This document shows, piece by piece, positions 19,260-27,846 of a stretch of DNA of 64,000 nt. Under the pieces are notes generated by a model, which saw only the letters and a list, made by a program, of their open reading frames with translations, was not told the origin of the DNA and made no database searches. The translations under genes and the position numbers were made by a program. Each line of letters begins with the position of its first letter. Within the stretch, counting starts at the first letter, position 1. The DNA lies in the IMG/VR virus record IMGVR_UViG_2740892351_000003, positions 62,001 to 126,000 of that record. One strand, 5' to 3'. This DNA comes from an uncultured virus (IMG/VR IMGVR_UViG_2740892351_000003) (taxonomy: Duplodnaviria; Heunggongvirae; Uroviricota; Caudoviricetes).

Positions 19260-20204
19260 ATGAAAAAAGAAAAAGTAAAAGTTGCAGTAGACTTAGGTAA
19301 TAGTATGCTTAATTCAGCAGCATATATTGAAAAAGAATTAATTTTAAAAAAGTTACCAAATAAACTTCAATTTGAAAAAACAATATCACCAAAAGCACGT
19401 GTTATGAAAAAAGATGGTAAGGTAATCTACCTAGGTGTAGGAGATTTAAATAATAATGTTCTTAAACATACTAGAAAAAATTTATTAGAACAAGTTTTAG
19501 TCATGATTCATGAAATATTTCCTGATGAGGATAATCTTTCTGTGGAATTGATAACCGGATTACCACCAACTCAAATGTTTAATGAAAAATATTTGAAATT
19601 ATTTCAAGATATTTTTATTCAACCTGGAGAAATAAAAATTACTATTGATGGGAAACAAAAGACTTTTGAAATACTTAATGTTGATGTTAAAGCAGAAGGA
19701 TACTCAGGATTTATTTCACTTGTAGACAAGATTACTACTAAACAGAATATTCTAGGAATAGATGTTGGAGGCAGTACTACAGATTTATGTAATTATGAAT
19801 ATGATTATGAGGATGATATGTACTATCCTAATGTAACAGACACTATAGAAAAAGGAATCATAGACTTTGAAACAGCAATAGCAAATAAATTTAATAGTAA
19901 AAATGGTGCAGATATAAAAATAAGTCAAATAGATGTAATATTAAGAAACGATATTGATGTTATAGAGTATGAGGGTTCTAAATACAAATTAGATGATTAT
20001 ATTGATGCCATGTACCCTATTATTGATGATATGATTAATAAAATCACTAATAAATTTGGTCAGCTAGATGGATATTATGTCGTTGGTATTGGAGGGGGCT
20101 ATAAAACATTTAATAAATATGCTAATCAATTTATAAGTAAACAACTAGAAGTCGATGATGATTCTCGTTTCTATGCAAATGTAATTGGATACCTTGAACA
20201 ATAA
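19260..20204 (+). CDS. parM: ParM/StbA-family actin-like partition ATPase
   Basis: Actin-fold motifs VAVDLGNS, TGLP, AEG, GIDVGGSTTD, GIGGG. Confidence 0.88.
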   Translation: MKKEKVKVAVDLGNSMLNSAAYIEKELILKKLPNKLQFEKTISPKARVMKKDGKVIYLGVGDLNNNVLKHTRKNLLEQVLVMIHEIFPDEDNLSVELITGLPPTQMFNEKYLKLFQDIFIQPGEIKITIDGKQKTFEILNVDVKAEGYSGFISLVDKITTKQNILGIDVGGSTTDLCNYEYDYEDDMYYPNVTDTIEKGIIDFETAIANKFNSKNGADIKISQIDVILRNDIDVIEYEGSKYKLDDYIDAMYPIIDDMINKITNKFGQLDGYYVVGIGGGYKTFNKYANQFISKQLEVDDDSRFYANVIGYLEQ

Positions 20205-20302
20205 TACTAAAAATATTTAATGAGAGCCATTTTAAGACAGTTCCATGCCCGTCCATGATAATTAATTCATATTCAGAAATAAAATCGCTTAGAATAGATT
20301 TT

Positions 20303-20329
20303 AAAGGTCACTAATTTAGTGACCTTTTT
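20303..20329. terminator. bidirectional terminator between parM and the rep gene
   Basis: AAAGGTCACTA-ATT-TAGTGACCTTT between convergent genes. Confidence 0.75.
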
Positions 20330-20330
20330 A

Positions 20331-20957
20331 TTATTTCTTTTGTTGTTTTTTTATTATCTCTCTCATCTTACTCGCACCTGATGCAATTTCTTTTTCAGAC
20401 ATAGAATATATTTCTAATTCAGTAAATCCATTTTCTTTTAGTACTTGTATATCTTTTTCTTTTTGTGTTATAATATTATTATCATTAATTGAATTTAAAG
20501 TTTTTCGTTTCGAGTCATCTGTTGAAGCTGCTACTTCATCAGGTGACTTTTTACTTTTCTTCTTTTCCCTTTTCGTCTTCATGTAACTCTCTGCATTTTC
20601 TCGAATTTTTGACTTAGACATTGCAATTTCATACACGTTATTTCCATATAAATTATTTTCATTTTGGATTCTATAAACCTTAATAAATCCATTTTCCTTT
20701 AAGACCTCAACATATTTTATAAAAGCATTTTTACTTATGTTCAACTCTCCATAGATTGTTTCCATTCTTGGATGACAGTATTTTTTATTACCTGCGAAAC
20801 TAGCCAGATAAGCGTAAATAGCTTTTGAGTAAATAGGTATGTCCTTATTTCTCATAAGAAATTTTGGAGATATACCATAACCATCCGAAAGAATACTATC
20901 TTCCTCTAGTCTAACATCTAAAACCTCACCATCTTTAATTTTTATTATATTATTCAT
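20331..20957 (-). CDS. Winged-HTH replication initiator-like protein
   Basis: GYGISPKFLMRNKDIPIYSKAIYAYLASFAG..CHPRMETIYGELNISKNAFIKYVEVLKENGFI..NVY matches phage/plasmid Rep N-terminal domains. Confidence 0.7.
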   Translation of the reverse strand: MNNIIKIKDGEVLDVRLEEDSILSDGYGISPKFLMRNKDIPIYSKAIYAYLASFAGNKKYCHPRMETIYGELNISKNAFIKYVEVLKENGFIKVYRIQNENNLYGNNVYEIAMSKSKIRENAESYMKTKREKKKSKKSPDEVAASTDDSKRKTLNSINDNNIITQKEKDIQVLKENGFTELEIYSMSEKEIASGASKMREIIKKQQKK

Positions 20958-20966
20958 AAGTTACTC

Positions 20967-21206
20967 CTAGTGCAATTTGTATTCATATACAAATATTCCA
21001 TTTTCAAATTTTTTATTAACTTCAAGATAGCCCTTGTCTTTCAATTCGTTCCATGCCATTCTAAACGAATATGCTCCCAAATCTAAATAGTCCATCAAAA
21101 ATTGTTTAGAGAAGTAAGGTTCGTTTTTAAATGCTGAGATAGTTCCATAAAGACCTTTAGCTTTTAAGCTAATACTTTTACTTTTGAATATATCTTCTTT
21201 TACCAT
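20967..21206 (-). CDS. Small winged-HTH protein (Rep-like fragment or accessory)
   Basis: ISLKAKGLYG..AWNELKDKGYL. Confidence 0.7.
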   Translation of the reverse strand: MVKEDIFKSKSISLKAKGLYGTISAFKNEPYFSKQFLMDYLDLGAYSFRMAWNELKDKGYLEVNKKFENGIFVYEYKLH

Positions 21207-21343
21207 AGTCTAATTTTTACACCCTCCTATTTTTTTATTTTAAACTTATTATAATTTATAATTCCCATTTTTTCAAGGTAATTTTTCCCTTTACATAAAC
21301 AAATAAATACAAAAACAAATATATTAAAAACTGTTTATATTAA

Positions 21344-21486
21344 TATACCATCTCATGGTACGCCCATAGCATGGGATATCGAAAAATTCGATGTACCACG
21401 AGATGGTATATCGAAAGAATCGCTATATTTCAACGTTTTTTCGATTTTTGCCTCGATATACCACGAGATGGTACATCGAAAAATTA
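21344..21486. repeat. Iteron-like palindromes, candidate replication origin
   Basis: TCGATGTACCACGAGATGGTATATCGA (21388-21414), TCGATATACCACGAGATGGTACATCGA (21453-21479) and partial TATACCATCTCATGGTAC (21344-21361), upstream of the rep genes and next to AT-rich DNA. Confidence 0.7.
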
Positions 21487-21772
21487 AAGTATCTGAAACA
21501 ATTTAAAAATTATATAGTTATGCACAGATAAAAATACAAATTGTTAATAAAATTGCAACTTATCAACATGTTATCAACAACTTACTAACAGCTTATCAAC
21601 AGGGAATAAAACTGAATAAAATACTAAATTGACAAAAATAATATAAAATGTTAATATATAATTATAGATAAAATTAAGATAAAATATTAAATTAATAGGA
21701 GGAAATTTATATATGAAAAACATTTAACAACTAAATAAAATTAAAAAACAAAATTGAAATGGAGGTTAAAAT

Positions 21773-22010
21773 ATGAAGAAAAGTAAAGAATACAAAAAGA
21801 TGAAAGGACTAGAAGATGGTAAACAAAAATATAAAAATATTAAGAGAGGATTATAGTGAATTTTTAGATGACTGGAATATAATTGGAAAAAGAAATATAT
21901 ATAAATGTCCAGAATGTCAATATCATGGGAATAAATGTGACAGACATAATAATAGTGAGGGGGTAAGCTATGGCTTTGATAAGTGGCAATTTCAAAGGGA
22001 AAATAGATAA
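21773..22010 (+). pseudogene. Small CxxC protein apparently split by a frameshift
   Basis: GGAGG plus ATG at 21773 gives a 27-aa ORF. The CPECQYH-containing frame overlaps it and would join at the TATAAAAATATT A-run. Confidence 0.4.
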
Positions 22011-23163
22011 TAAAAGTATTTGGGACTACATGCATAAATTAGACTATAAATTAGAAACATTAGAAGAAAGAAAGAAATTTATTGATGAATTATTAAATCT
22101 AAAAAATATAGATGAGCTTAAATTCAGTGATGATAAATTTTGGCAAGAAGTATTCGATAAAGGAATATGCAAAGCTAATTTAAATACAACAGATGTATTA
22201 TGGTCAGAAACCAATATAAGTCATTTCTTAGAAAAAGTAGGTACATATCTATTAGCAAAGGATGATAAAAAAGAAGAAAAAGAAAATATAAAAGTATATG
22301 ACTCTTATTCAGAATTTAAAAGGAGTATGCAACAAGAGAAAAAAATGCGAAAACATGCAGAGGTGGTTGAATTTGATGTTGAAGACAATGAAAATTCAAA
22401 TGGAAAACCAGTAAGAATACTAAAAAATCAGAAAAATTTTAAACTATCTCCAGATATAAAAATAAGTAAAAAAGATAGATTAAAATATTCTGAAATAGAA
22501 GATTATTATAAATATAAACAGTATTTATTAAACTTAAAAAATGATAAAGAGCATAGAGAAAATTTATCAAAAAGTATAAATTCAAATAATGTAAAATTAA
22601 GAATTAAAAAAGGCGGGGATATTTACAGGTTTGCAATCAAACAACTACCACTAGTTCAGGATGATATGTTACAAGTCAAACTCCAAAAAGATAAAAACAT
22701 AATTTGGAAAGCTCCATTAAAAGATAGTTGTAATGACATCAATATAGACTGTGATTTAATAGATATGTTTGACCCAGTACATGTAAAAGCTCTATTACAA
22801 ATTCCTTATAATGATAACTTAATAGATGAGATAGCATTAAGTAAACAAGACATATTAAATAAAATAGAGTTAACTGATACACAAAAAATTATATTATCAT
22901 TATGGGAAAAAGGTGTTACACAAAATGAAATAGCCAAGCAATTAGGTATAGCTCAAAAAAATGTAAATTTACATATTGATAGAATAGTAAATAAGTTTAT
23001 AGATAAGTATACTGAAATATATGAAGACGAATATTATTATGTTTATTTAGTAAAAGGAAAGTATAAAAAATGTAGCAAGTGTGGAGAAATCAAGCTAATA
23101 CAAAGGTTTGATAGAAATGGAAAAGGAAGATACCGTTCAAATTGTAAAGATTGTAATAAATAA
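21970..23163 (+). CDS. Sigma-70 region-4-type HTH regulator with C-terminal zinc finger
   Basis: LTDTQKIILSLWEKGVTQNEIAKQLGIAQKNVNLHIDRI; CSKCGEIK..CKDC. Confidence 0.7.
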   Translation: MALISGNFKGKIDNKSIWDYMHKLDYKLETLEERKKFIDELLNLKNIDELKFSDDKFWQEVFDKGICKANLNTTDVLWSETNISHFLEKVGTYLLAKDDKKEEKENIKVYDSYSEFKRSMQQEKKMRKHAEVVEFDVEDNENSNGKPVRILKNQKNFKLSPDIKISKKDRLKYSEIEDYYKYKQYLLNLKNDKEHRENLSKSINSNNVKLRIKKGGDIYRFAIKQLPLVQDDMLQVKLQKDKNIIWKAPLKDSCNDINIDCDLIDMFDPVHVKALLQIPYNDNLIDEIALSKQDILNKIELTDTQKIILSLWEKGVTQNEIAKQLGIAQKNVNLHIDRIVNKFIDKYTEIYEDEYYYVYLVKGKYKKCSKCGEIKLIQRFDRNGKGRYRSNCKDCNK

Positions 23164-23270
23164 GTGGGGGAAAATAGGGTATAAAATCGGCTGGAAAAGA
23201 CATTAATATATGTAGGGGTAATTAATACCACTACAAATAAATAAAATGTATAATAAAAGTCGAGGAGAGA

Positions 23271-23582
23271 TTGAAAATGAGAAAAAATGAATATGTAAAA
23301 TTATTTCAAGAGAAACTAAAGGAAGAAGGATTAGAACTAAAACAAAAAGAAGTAGATGTAGTATTAGATGCATTTAAAGAATTAGTTGTAGATATATTTA
23401 AATCAGGTGAAGACGCTACTATAGGTGGATTTCTAAAAATAGGAAGAAAAGAAATAGAAGCATGTGAAAAAACACATACTTTACCAGGAAAAGAAGGAGA
23501 AAAATATATTATACCAGCCAGTACTAAACCAACAGTTAAATTTATAAATTCTTTTGTAAAAGAACATATGATATTAAAATAG
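23271..23582 (+). CDS. HU-family DNA-binding protein
   Basis: MRKNEYVK..VDVVLDAFKELV..GEDATIGGFLKI..IPASTKPTVKF. Confidence 0.85.
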   Translation: MKMRKNEYVKLFQEKLKEEGLELKQKEVDVVLDAFKELVVDIFKSGEDATIGGFLKIGRKEIEACEKTHTLPGKEGEKYIIPASTKPTVKFINSFVKEHMILK

Positions 23583-23651
23583 TTAACAACTAAATAAAAT
23601 ATAAATATAAAATGGATAAGTCTTAATCGGACTTATCATTATGGAGATATA

Positions 23652-23686
23652 GGAGATTATTAATGGTTCGATTCCATTAATCTCCA
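23652..23686 (+). other. tRNA minihelix-like element (acceptor stem and T arm only)
   Basis: GGAGATT-ATT-AATGG-TTCGATT-CCATT-AATCTCC-A. Confidence 0.55.
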
Positions 23687-23699
23687 TCTTTTAAGCAAA

Positions 23700-23738
23700 A
23701 AGAAAGCACATGTCGTGAGATAGCAGTAAGTCTTTCTT
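23700..23738 (+). repeat. 39-nt structured leader motif, copy 1
   Basis: AAGAAAGCACATGTCGTGAGATAGCAGTAAGTCTTTCTT, identical to 25699-25737. Confidence 0.85.
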
Positions 23739-23770
23739 TTTCTTTTTATTAAGAAAGAGAGGATGATATC

Positions 23771-24697
23771 ATAGAAGAAATAAATATAAAAGAAGTAAGC
23801 AAGATAATATGTGTTAGTGAAAATACATTATATAAAGATTTTAAAAAATATGCTTCTAAATTAGAAGAAAATAATATTTTTTATGATGGAAAAGGTAAAA
23901 AAAGAAAGTTTTATAGAAAAGAAATAAAAGACAGTGAATATATAGCATATGATATTTTTAAACAAATTGCTTATAATGTCTGGAAATTTGATAGTAAAGT
24001 AGATATAAATAAATTATTATATTACATGGCTGTGATTCTAACTATGCAAGATATAAAGGGGAATATGAGTATATTATCATCAAATCAAATGGCAAATATA
24101 GTAGGAGTGGACAAAAATACCATATCAAGATATAAAAATAAATTAATTAAAAATAATATCTTTATGCCCTCTAATCTATCTAAAACAGTTACATATGCTA
24201 CATTTAAAGATATAGATGTCTTAAGTATTAAAAGTGAATTAATACCACATAAAGAAAATTGTAAAAATAGAGTAAATCAAGATAAAGAATTAGATAATTT
24301 TAGATATCAGGTTAGACTGGTAGCAGATAAAAATATAAACTTTAAAAGAAAAGAAAATATCATAGTTGATAATAGTTTGTATGAAGATTATCTAAATGCA
24401 TGTAGAATTATAGCAAATACACCATTTTTAAAAGATAGAGAAAATTATAATAGAGTAGTAAATATGGTGAAACATAATAAACATGAATTAAATGTAACTC
24501 AGAAAGATAAATACATAGCATTCAATGAATTTGCAAGAGAAATAGGATTAGTTAAGTTATATCAAGTACATAAGACAGAATATAGAACTAATGTTATGAA
24601 AAATAAAGAGTTATTAGATATAATTGTTAAAGCTTTTAGGTATAGAAATAATAATAGTAATATTAATAATAAACTAGTAAAATACAACTCATATTAA
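23771..24697 (+). CDS. HTH DNA-binding protein; probable ATA start extends the 24026 ORF by 85 codons
   Basis: GAGAGGATG RBS, then ATA GAA GAA ATA..., open and in frame with 24026. N-terminal IKEVSKIICVSENTLYK and internal SSNQMANIVGVDKNTISRYK HTH motifs. Confidence 0.7.
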   Translation: MEEINIKEVSKIICVSENTLYKDFKKYASKLEENNIFYDGKGKKRKFYRKEIKDSEYIAYDIFKQIAYNVWKFDSKVDINKLLYYMAVILTMQDIKGNMSILSSNQMANIVGVDKNTISRYKNKLIKNNIFMPSNLSKTVTYATFKDIDVLSIKSELIPHKENCKNRVNQDKELDNFRYQVRLVADKNINFKRKENIIVDNSLYEDYLNACRIIANTPFLKDRENYNRVVNMVKHNKHELNVTQKDKYIAFNEFAREIGLVKLYQVHKTEYRTNVMKNKELLDIIVKAFRYRNNNSNINNKLVKYNSY

Positions 24698-24764
24698 TTT
24701 TTCCGATAACTCGCATACTTATATAAATATATATATCAATATGCAGGTCATCGGATTTTTTTGA
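24694..24764. repeat. Imperfect palindrome, copy B
   Basis: TCCGATAACTCGCATA, core, TATGCAGGTCATCGGA. Arms are reverse complements of the copy A arms. Confidence 0.85.
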
Positions 24765-24780
24765 AAGAAATATTTTAAAG

Positions 24781-25344
24781 GTGTATGTTATGAATTTACA
24801 ATACTTTGAAAAGGATAAATATTATGTTTATAAACATTACATTATAGATCATGATGGTAAAGAGAATGTCTTTTATATTGGAAAAGGAATTGGAGACAGA
24901 ATTTATAATCAAATCAGAAATGAAAAATGGTATGACATAGTAAAAAACAATAACTATAATTATAATGTTGATATTATTAAATATTTTGAAAATGAAAAAG
25001 ATGCATTAGATTATGAGGTAAAATTGCAATTATATTATTGGAGCAATGGACAATGTGAAGGTTGTGCTGATATAGATGCAGCAATAGGCAAAGAAAAAAT
25101 AAAGAAACAAAATAAATTATTAGAAGAAGGACGGGTTATACAAGATGACTATTTAAATAAATGGTTATTTAAATATGAATTGGAAAATATCATCAATACA
25201 TATGAGTTAAAAGATAATAAAAGAAGAGTAATGTCTGCTAATAAATTCATTAATTATTTAAAAGAATGTAATTATAGAATTGAAAAAATTAGAAAAAGAA
25301 CAAAAAAGAAACAAGAAACATTATATAAAATATGTAATAAGTAG
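24781..25344 (+). CDS. GIY-YIG-family endonuclease (free-standing)
   Basis: YYVYKH..VFYIGKGIGDRI..EKDALDYEVKL. Confidence 0.7.
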   Translation: MYVMNLQYFEKDKYYVYKHYIIDHDGKENVFYIGKGIGDRIYNQIRNEKWYDIVKNNNYNYNVDIIKYFENEKDALDYEVKLQLYYWSNGQCEGCADIDAAIGKEKIKKQNKLLEEGRVIQDDYLNKWLFKYELENIINTYELKDNKRRVMSANKFINYLKECNYRIEKIRKRTKKKQETLYKICNK

Positions 25345-25698
25345 GATTTTATAATTATAATATTAAATCACAAGGCTTTAGCCGTAGTGATAGCAAGGAA
25401 CGTAAGTGACGTGGTAGCTATAACTAACGCCTTCACTTCGTTCAGTTGTTATCCTCAGCTAAAGCTTCGGATATATTATTTTAATTTAATACATATGGGT
25501 TAAAAACCCCTTCATATGGTGACATATGATAGCAAACATAGAATATGCTAAAAGTTAATACAATTAGCAGAGATAGCTCATTTGAGAAGCTCTGGTGACT
25601 AATAATAGGCATCTTATATTGTAAGATGATGATGCCACTAAAAATATTAAACTACAACGTGAAATTTGTGGGATAATTACTCACCATTTCAGAACTGG

Positions 25699-25737
25699 AA
25701 GAAAGCACATGTCGTGAGATAGCAGTAAGTCTTTCTT
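25699..25737 (+). repeat. 39-nt structured leader motif, copy 2
   Basis: Identical to 23700-23738. Confidence 0.85.
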
Positions 25738-25778
25738 CCTTTTAAATAATATTTTAATTAAAAGGGAGATTTGATAAA

Positions 25779-26609
25779 ATGAATGGTGAAAAACTTATAG
25801 AAAATAAAGAATTAAGAGATAGAAATATAGATAGAGTAGATGTGTTGGAACATGTGAAAGAGATATTAACTTTAGCAAATACAGATTTTAGTACAGTAGA
25901 ACTTGTTTCTGAGTATTATGAAGTAGATAGAGATACAATAAAAAAACTTATACAGAGAAATAGAATTGAATTAGAATTAGATGGTCTTAAGTTATATAAA
26001 TACAATGATATAGCTGAAGTACTTGAAAATACTAAAAAGGGACTGGATGTCACTTTTAAAATTCCTCCAAGAGGTCTAATATTAATACCTAAAAGAGCTA
26101 TTCTTAGAATAGGCATGTTACTTAGAGATTCAGAAGTTGCTAAAGAAGTTAGAACTAGATTACTAGATATTGTACATGATGCAGAAGAACAAACTGAAAT
26201 TGTAATAGAAGAAATTAGAAATGAACAAAATATAAAAGAAGACATGCTTGAAGCGATAATTTCTGGTGACCATAATAAATTATCTGTACTACAGACAGAA
26301 TTAATAGGGTTGAAGAATAAAAGAATATCTCATTTAGAAGATGTTATAACTAATTCAGTCACTATAACAGAAAGTAAAGCTATTATTAATAAATGTGTTA
26401 GAACAATAGCAGTTAAAAAATTTAATTGTATGTTTGGTAAAGCCTGGGATGAATTTTATAGATTTATTAACTATAAACTTGGCATTAATGTTAGAAATCG
26501 AAAAGGTAAAGGATTAGCTAGATTTTCAGATGAAGAAATCTTAAAGATGGAAAAGATAGCTAAAAGCTGGTTAGAGGAAAATGATATAGATTTTAAATTG
26601 GTAATATAA
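25779..26609 (+). CDS. Antirepressor-like DNA-binding protein
   Basis: VSEYYEVDRDTIKKLIQRNRIELELDG..KRAILRIGMLLRDSEVAKEVRTRLL, followed by a coiled coil. Confidence 0.6.
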   Translation: MNGEKLIENKELRDRNIDRVDVLEHVKEILTLANTDFSTVELVSEYYEVDRDTIKKLIQRNRIELELDGLKLYKYNDIAEVLENTKKGLDVTFKIPPRGLILIPKRAILRIGMLLRDSEVAKEVRTRLLDIVHDAEEQTEIVIEEIRNEQNIKEDMLEAIISGDHNKLSVLQTELIGLKNKRISHLEDVITNSVTITESKAIINKCVRTIAVKKFNCMFGKAWDEFYRFINYKLGINVRNRKGKGLARFSDEEILKMEKIAKSWLEENDIDFKLVI

Positions 26610-26627
26610 TTTAAATTTGTTTTCAAA

Positions 26628-26704
26628 AGGGATATAGCTCAGGTGGTTAGAGCATTCGGTTTATACCCGAAAGGTCATAGGTTCGACTCCTATTATTCCT
26701 ACCA
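26628..26704 (+). tRNA. tRNA-Ile (anticodon UAU)
   Basis: AGGGATA/TATTCCT acceptor stem, GCTC/GAGC D stem, TTCGG-TTTATAC-CCGAA anticodon arm, ATAGG-TTCGACT-CCTAT T arm, encoded CCA. Confidence 0.9.
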
Positions 26705-26709
26705 AATAT

Positions 26710-26800
26710 GGAGAGGTACTCAAGTGGTAAAGAGGATAGTTTGCTAAACTATTAGTTCAATTAATTTGATACGAGGGTTCAAATCCCTTCCTCTCTTCCA
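26710..26800 (+). tRNA. tRNA-Ser (anticodon GCU), long variable arm
   Basis: GGAGAGG/CCTCTCT acceptor stem, ATAGT-TTGCTAA-ACTAT anticodon arm, GAGGG-TTCAAAT-CCCTT T arm, CCA. Confidence 0.88.
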
Positions 26801-26855
26801 ATAAAAAAAGTTTGTTATTTTTAAATAATATTTTAATTAAAAGGGAGATGTTTTT

Positions 26856-27473
26856 ATGGTTAAATATAATGTTCATAAAGCTTTAGCAGAAAAGAAGTTA
26901 TTAGAAGATAAGATAGATAGATGCATTAGTAATTTCAAAATTGTAGGTACTAAAAAAGGGTCTGATAAAAATGTATATGAAACAAAAACAAGTGTAGAAG
27001 ATTTTAATGTAGAAGTTTCAAGTAAATACCAACAAATAGAAGATTTAATATATAATTATAACGCATTAGATAAAGCAATTAATATCTCTAATGCTGTAAC
27101 AAATGTTCAAATTGCTAATAAAAATTATACAGTTTTAGAAGCAATAAAAAGAAAAAATAGTATAGAATTAGATAAATCCTTGTTGAGACAAATGGTTAGT
27201 AACTATGATTGTATGATGTCTGAAGTAAATCGTAGAAATGAAGAAGTACAAAGAAATACAGATAAAATGTTTGAGGAAAAAGAAAAAAGTAAAGATGGAG
27301 CAGAATTTATTTCATTTTATAAAAAACAACAAGAATGGTCTTTAGTAGACCCTTTAAAAGTAAGAGAGAAAATAGAAAAGTTAAGGGATGAAATAGAAGA
27401 ATTTGAAAAAGAAGTTGATTTTGCATTGAGTACATCAAATGCACTTACAATTATAGATGTAGATTTAAAATAG
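26856..27473 (+). CDS. Coiled-coil protein, tentatively DIP1984/DUF6847-like
   Basis: VHKALAEKKLLEDKI, SNAVTNVQI..YTVLEAI, LVDPL..EVDFALSTSNALT. The family resemblance is from memory only. Confidence 0.55.
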   Translation: MVKYNVHKALAEKKLLEDKIDRCISNFKIVGTKKGSDKNVYETKTSVEDFNVEVSSKYQQIEDLIYNYNALDKAINISNAVTNVQIANKNYTVLEAIKRKNSIELDKSLLRQMVSNYDCMMSEVNRRNEEVQRNTDKMFEEKEKSKDGAEFISFYKKQQEWSLVDPLKVREKIEKLRDEIEEFEKEVDFALSTSNALTIIDVDLK

Positions 27474-27495
27474 TCCTTAATTGAGCTATTTTTTA

Positions 27496-27794
27496 ATTTG
27501 CAGGTTAGGCGAATAACATAAATTATAAGTTCCCATTTGATTTTGGGTTAAAAATCAAACTGCTTATATAAAAAGTGATGGGTACATACAAACGAAACGA
27601 TTGTACTGTATAAAAGAGAACAATGGATATAAAGCTTAAAGTTAAAAATTCAAATATAAAATCTCAAGGATAAAAGATTAAATTATTAAAATAGTAAAAA
27701 TAAAATAAAAAAGTTATAGAAAATCCTTGATAAATGCTAAATGCGTTAACTTATATTAGCTATTGTTAGCTACAAGGCTGCCTAATTTGCAAAT
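27496..27794 (+). ncRNA. Candidate ~300-nt structured RNA with a heptamer array
   Basis: 16-bp closing stem 27496-27511/27779-27794, nested stems, eight 7-nt units at 27630-27685; no substantial ORF. Confidence 0.6.
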
Positions 27795-27846
27795 AAATAT
27801 ATTCCCAGTAGAGCTATAGATAATATAAAAATAAAGGAGAAAATAT

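Noticed and set aside
17036..20301. Shared 16-mer CGCTTAGAATAGATTT at 17036 and 20286 as resolvase sites
   Set aside because: Only two short copies, no serine resolvase in the window, and no clear subsite architecture.
19009..26704. Link between the ATA start codons and the phage tRNA-Ile(UAU)
   Set aside because: Initiation uses initiator tRNA-fMet, and this tRNA has elongator features (paired 1-72, no triple G-C anticodon stem).
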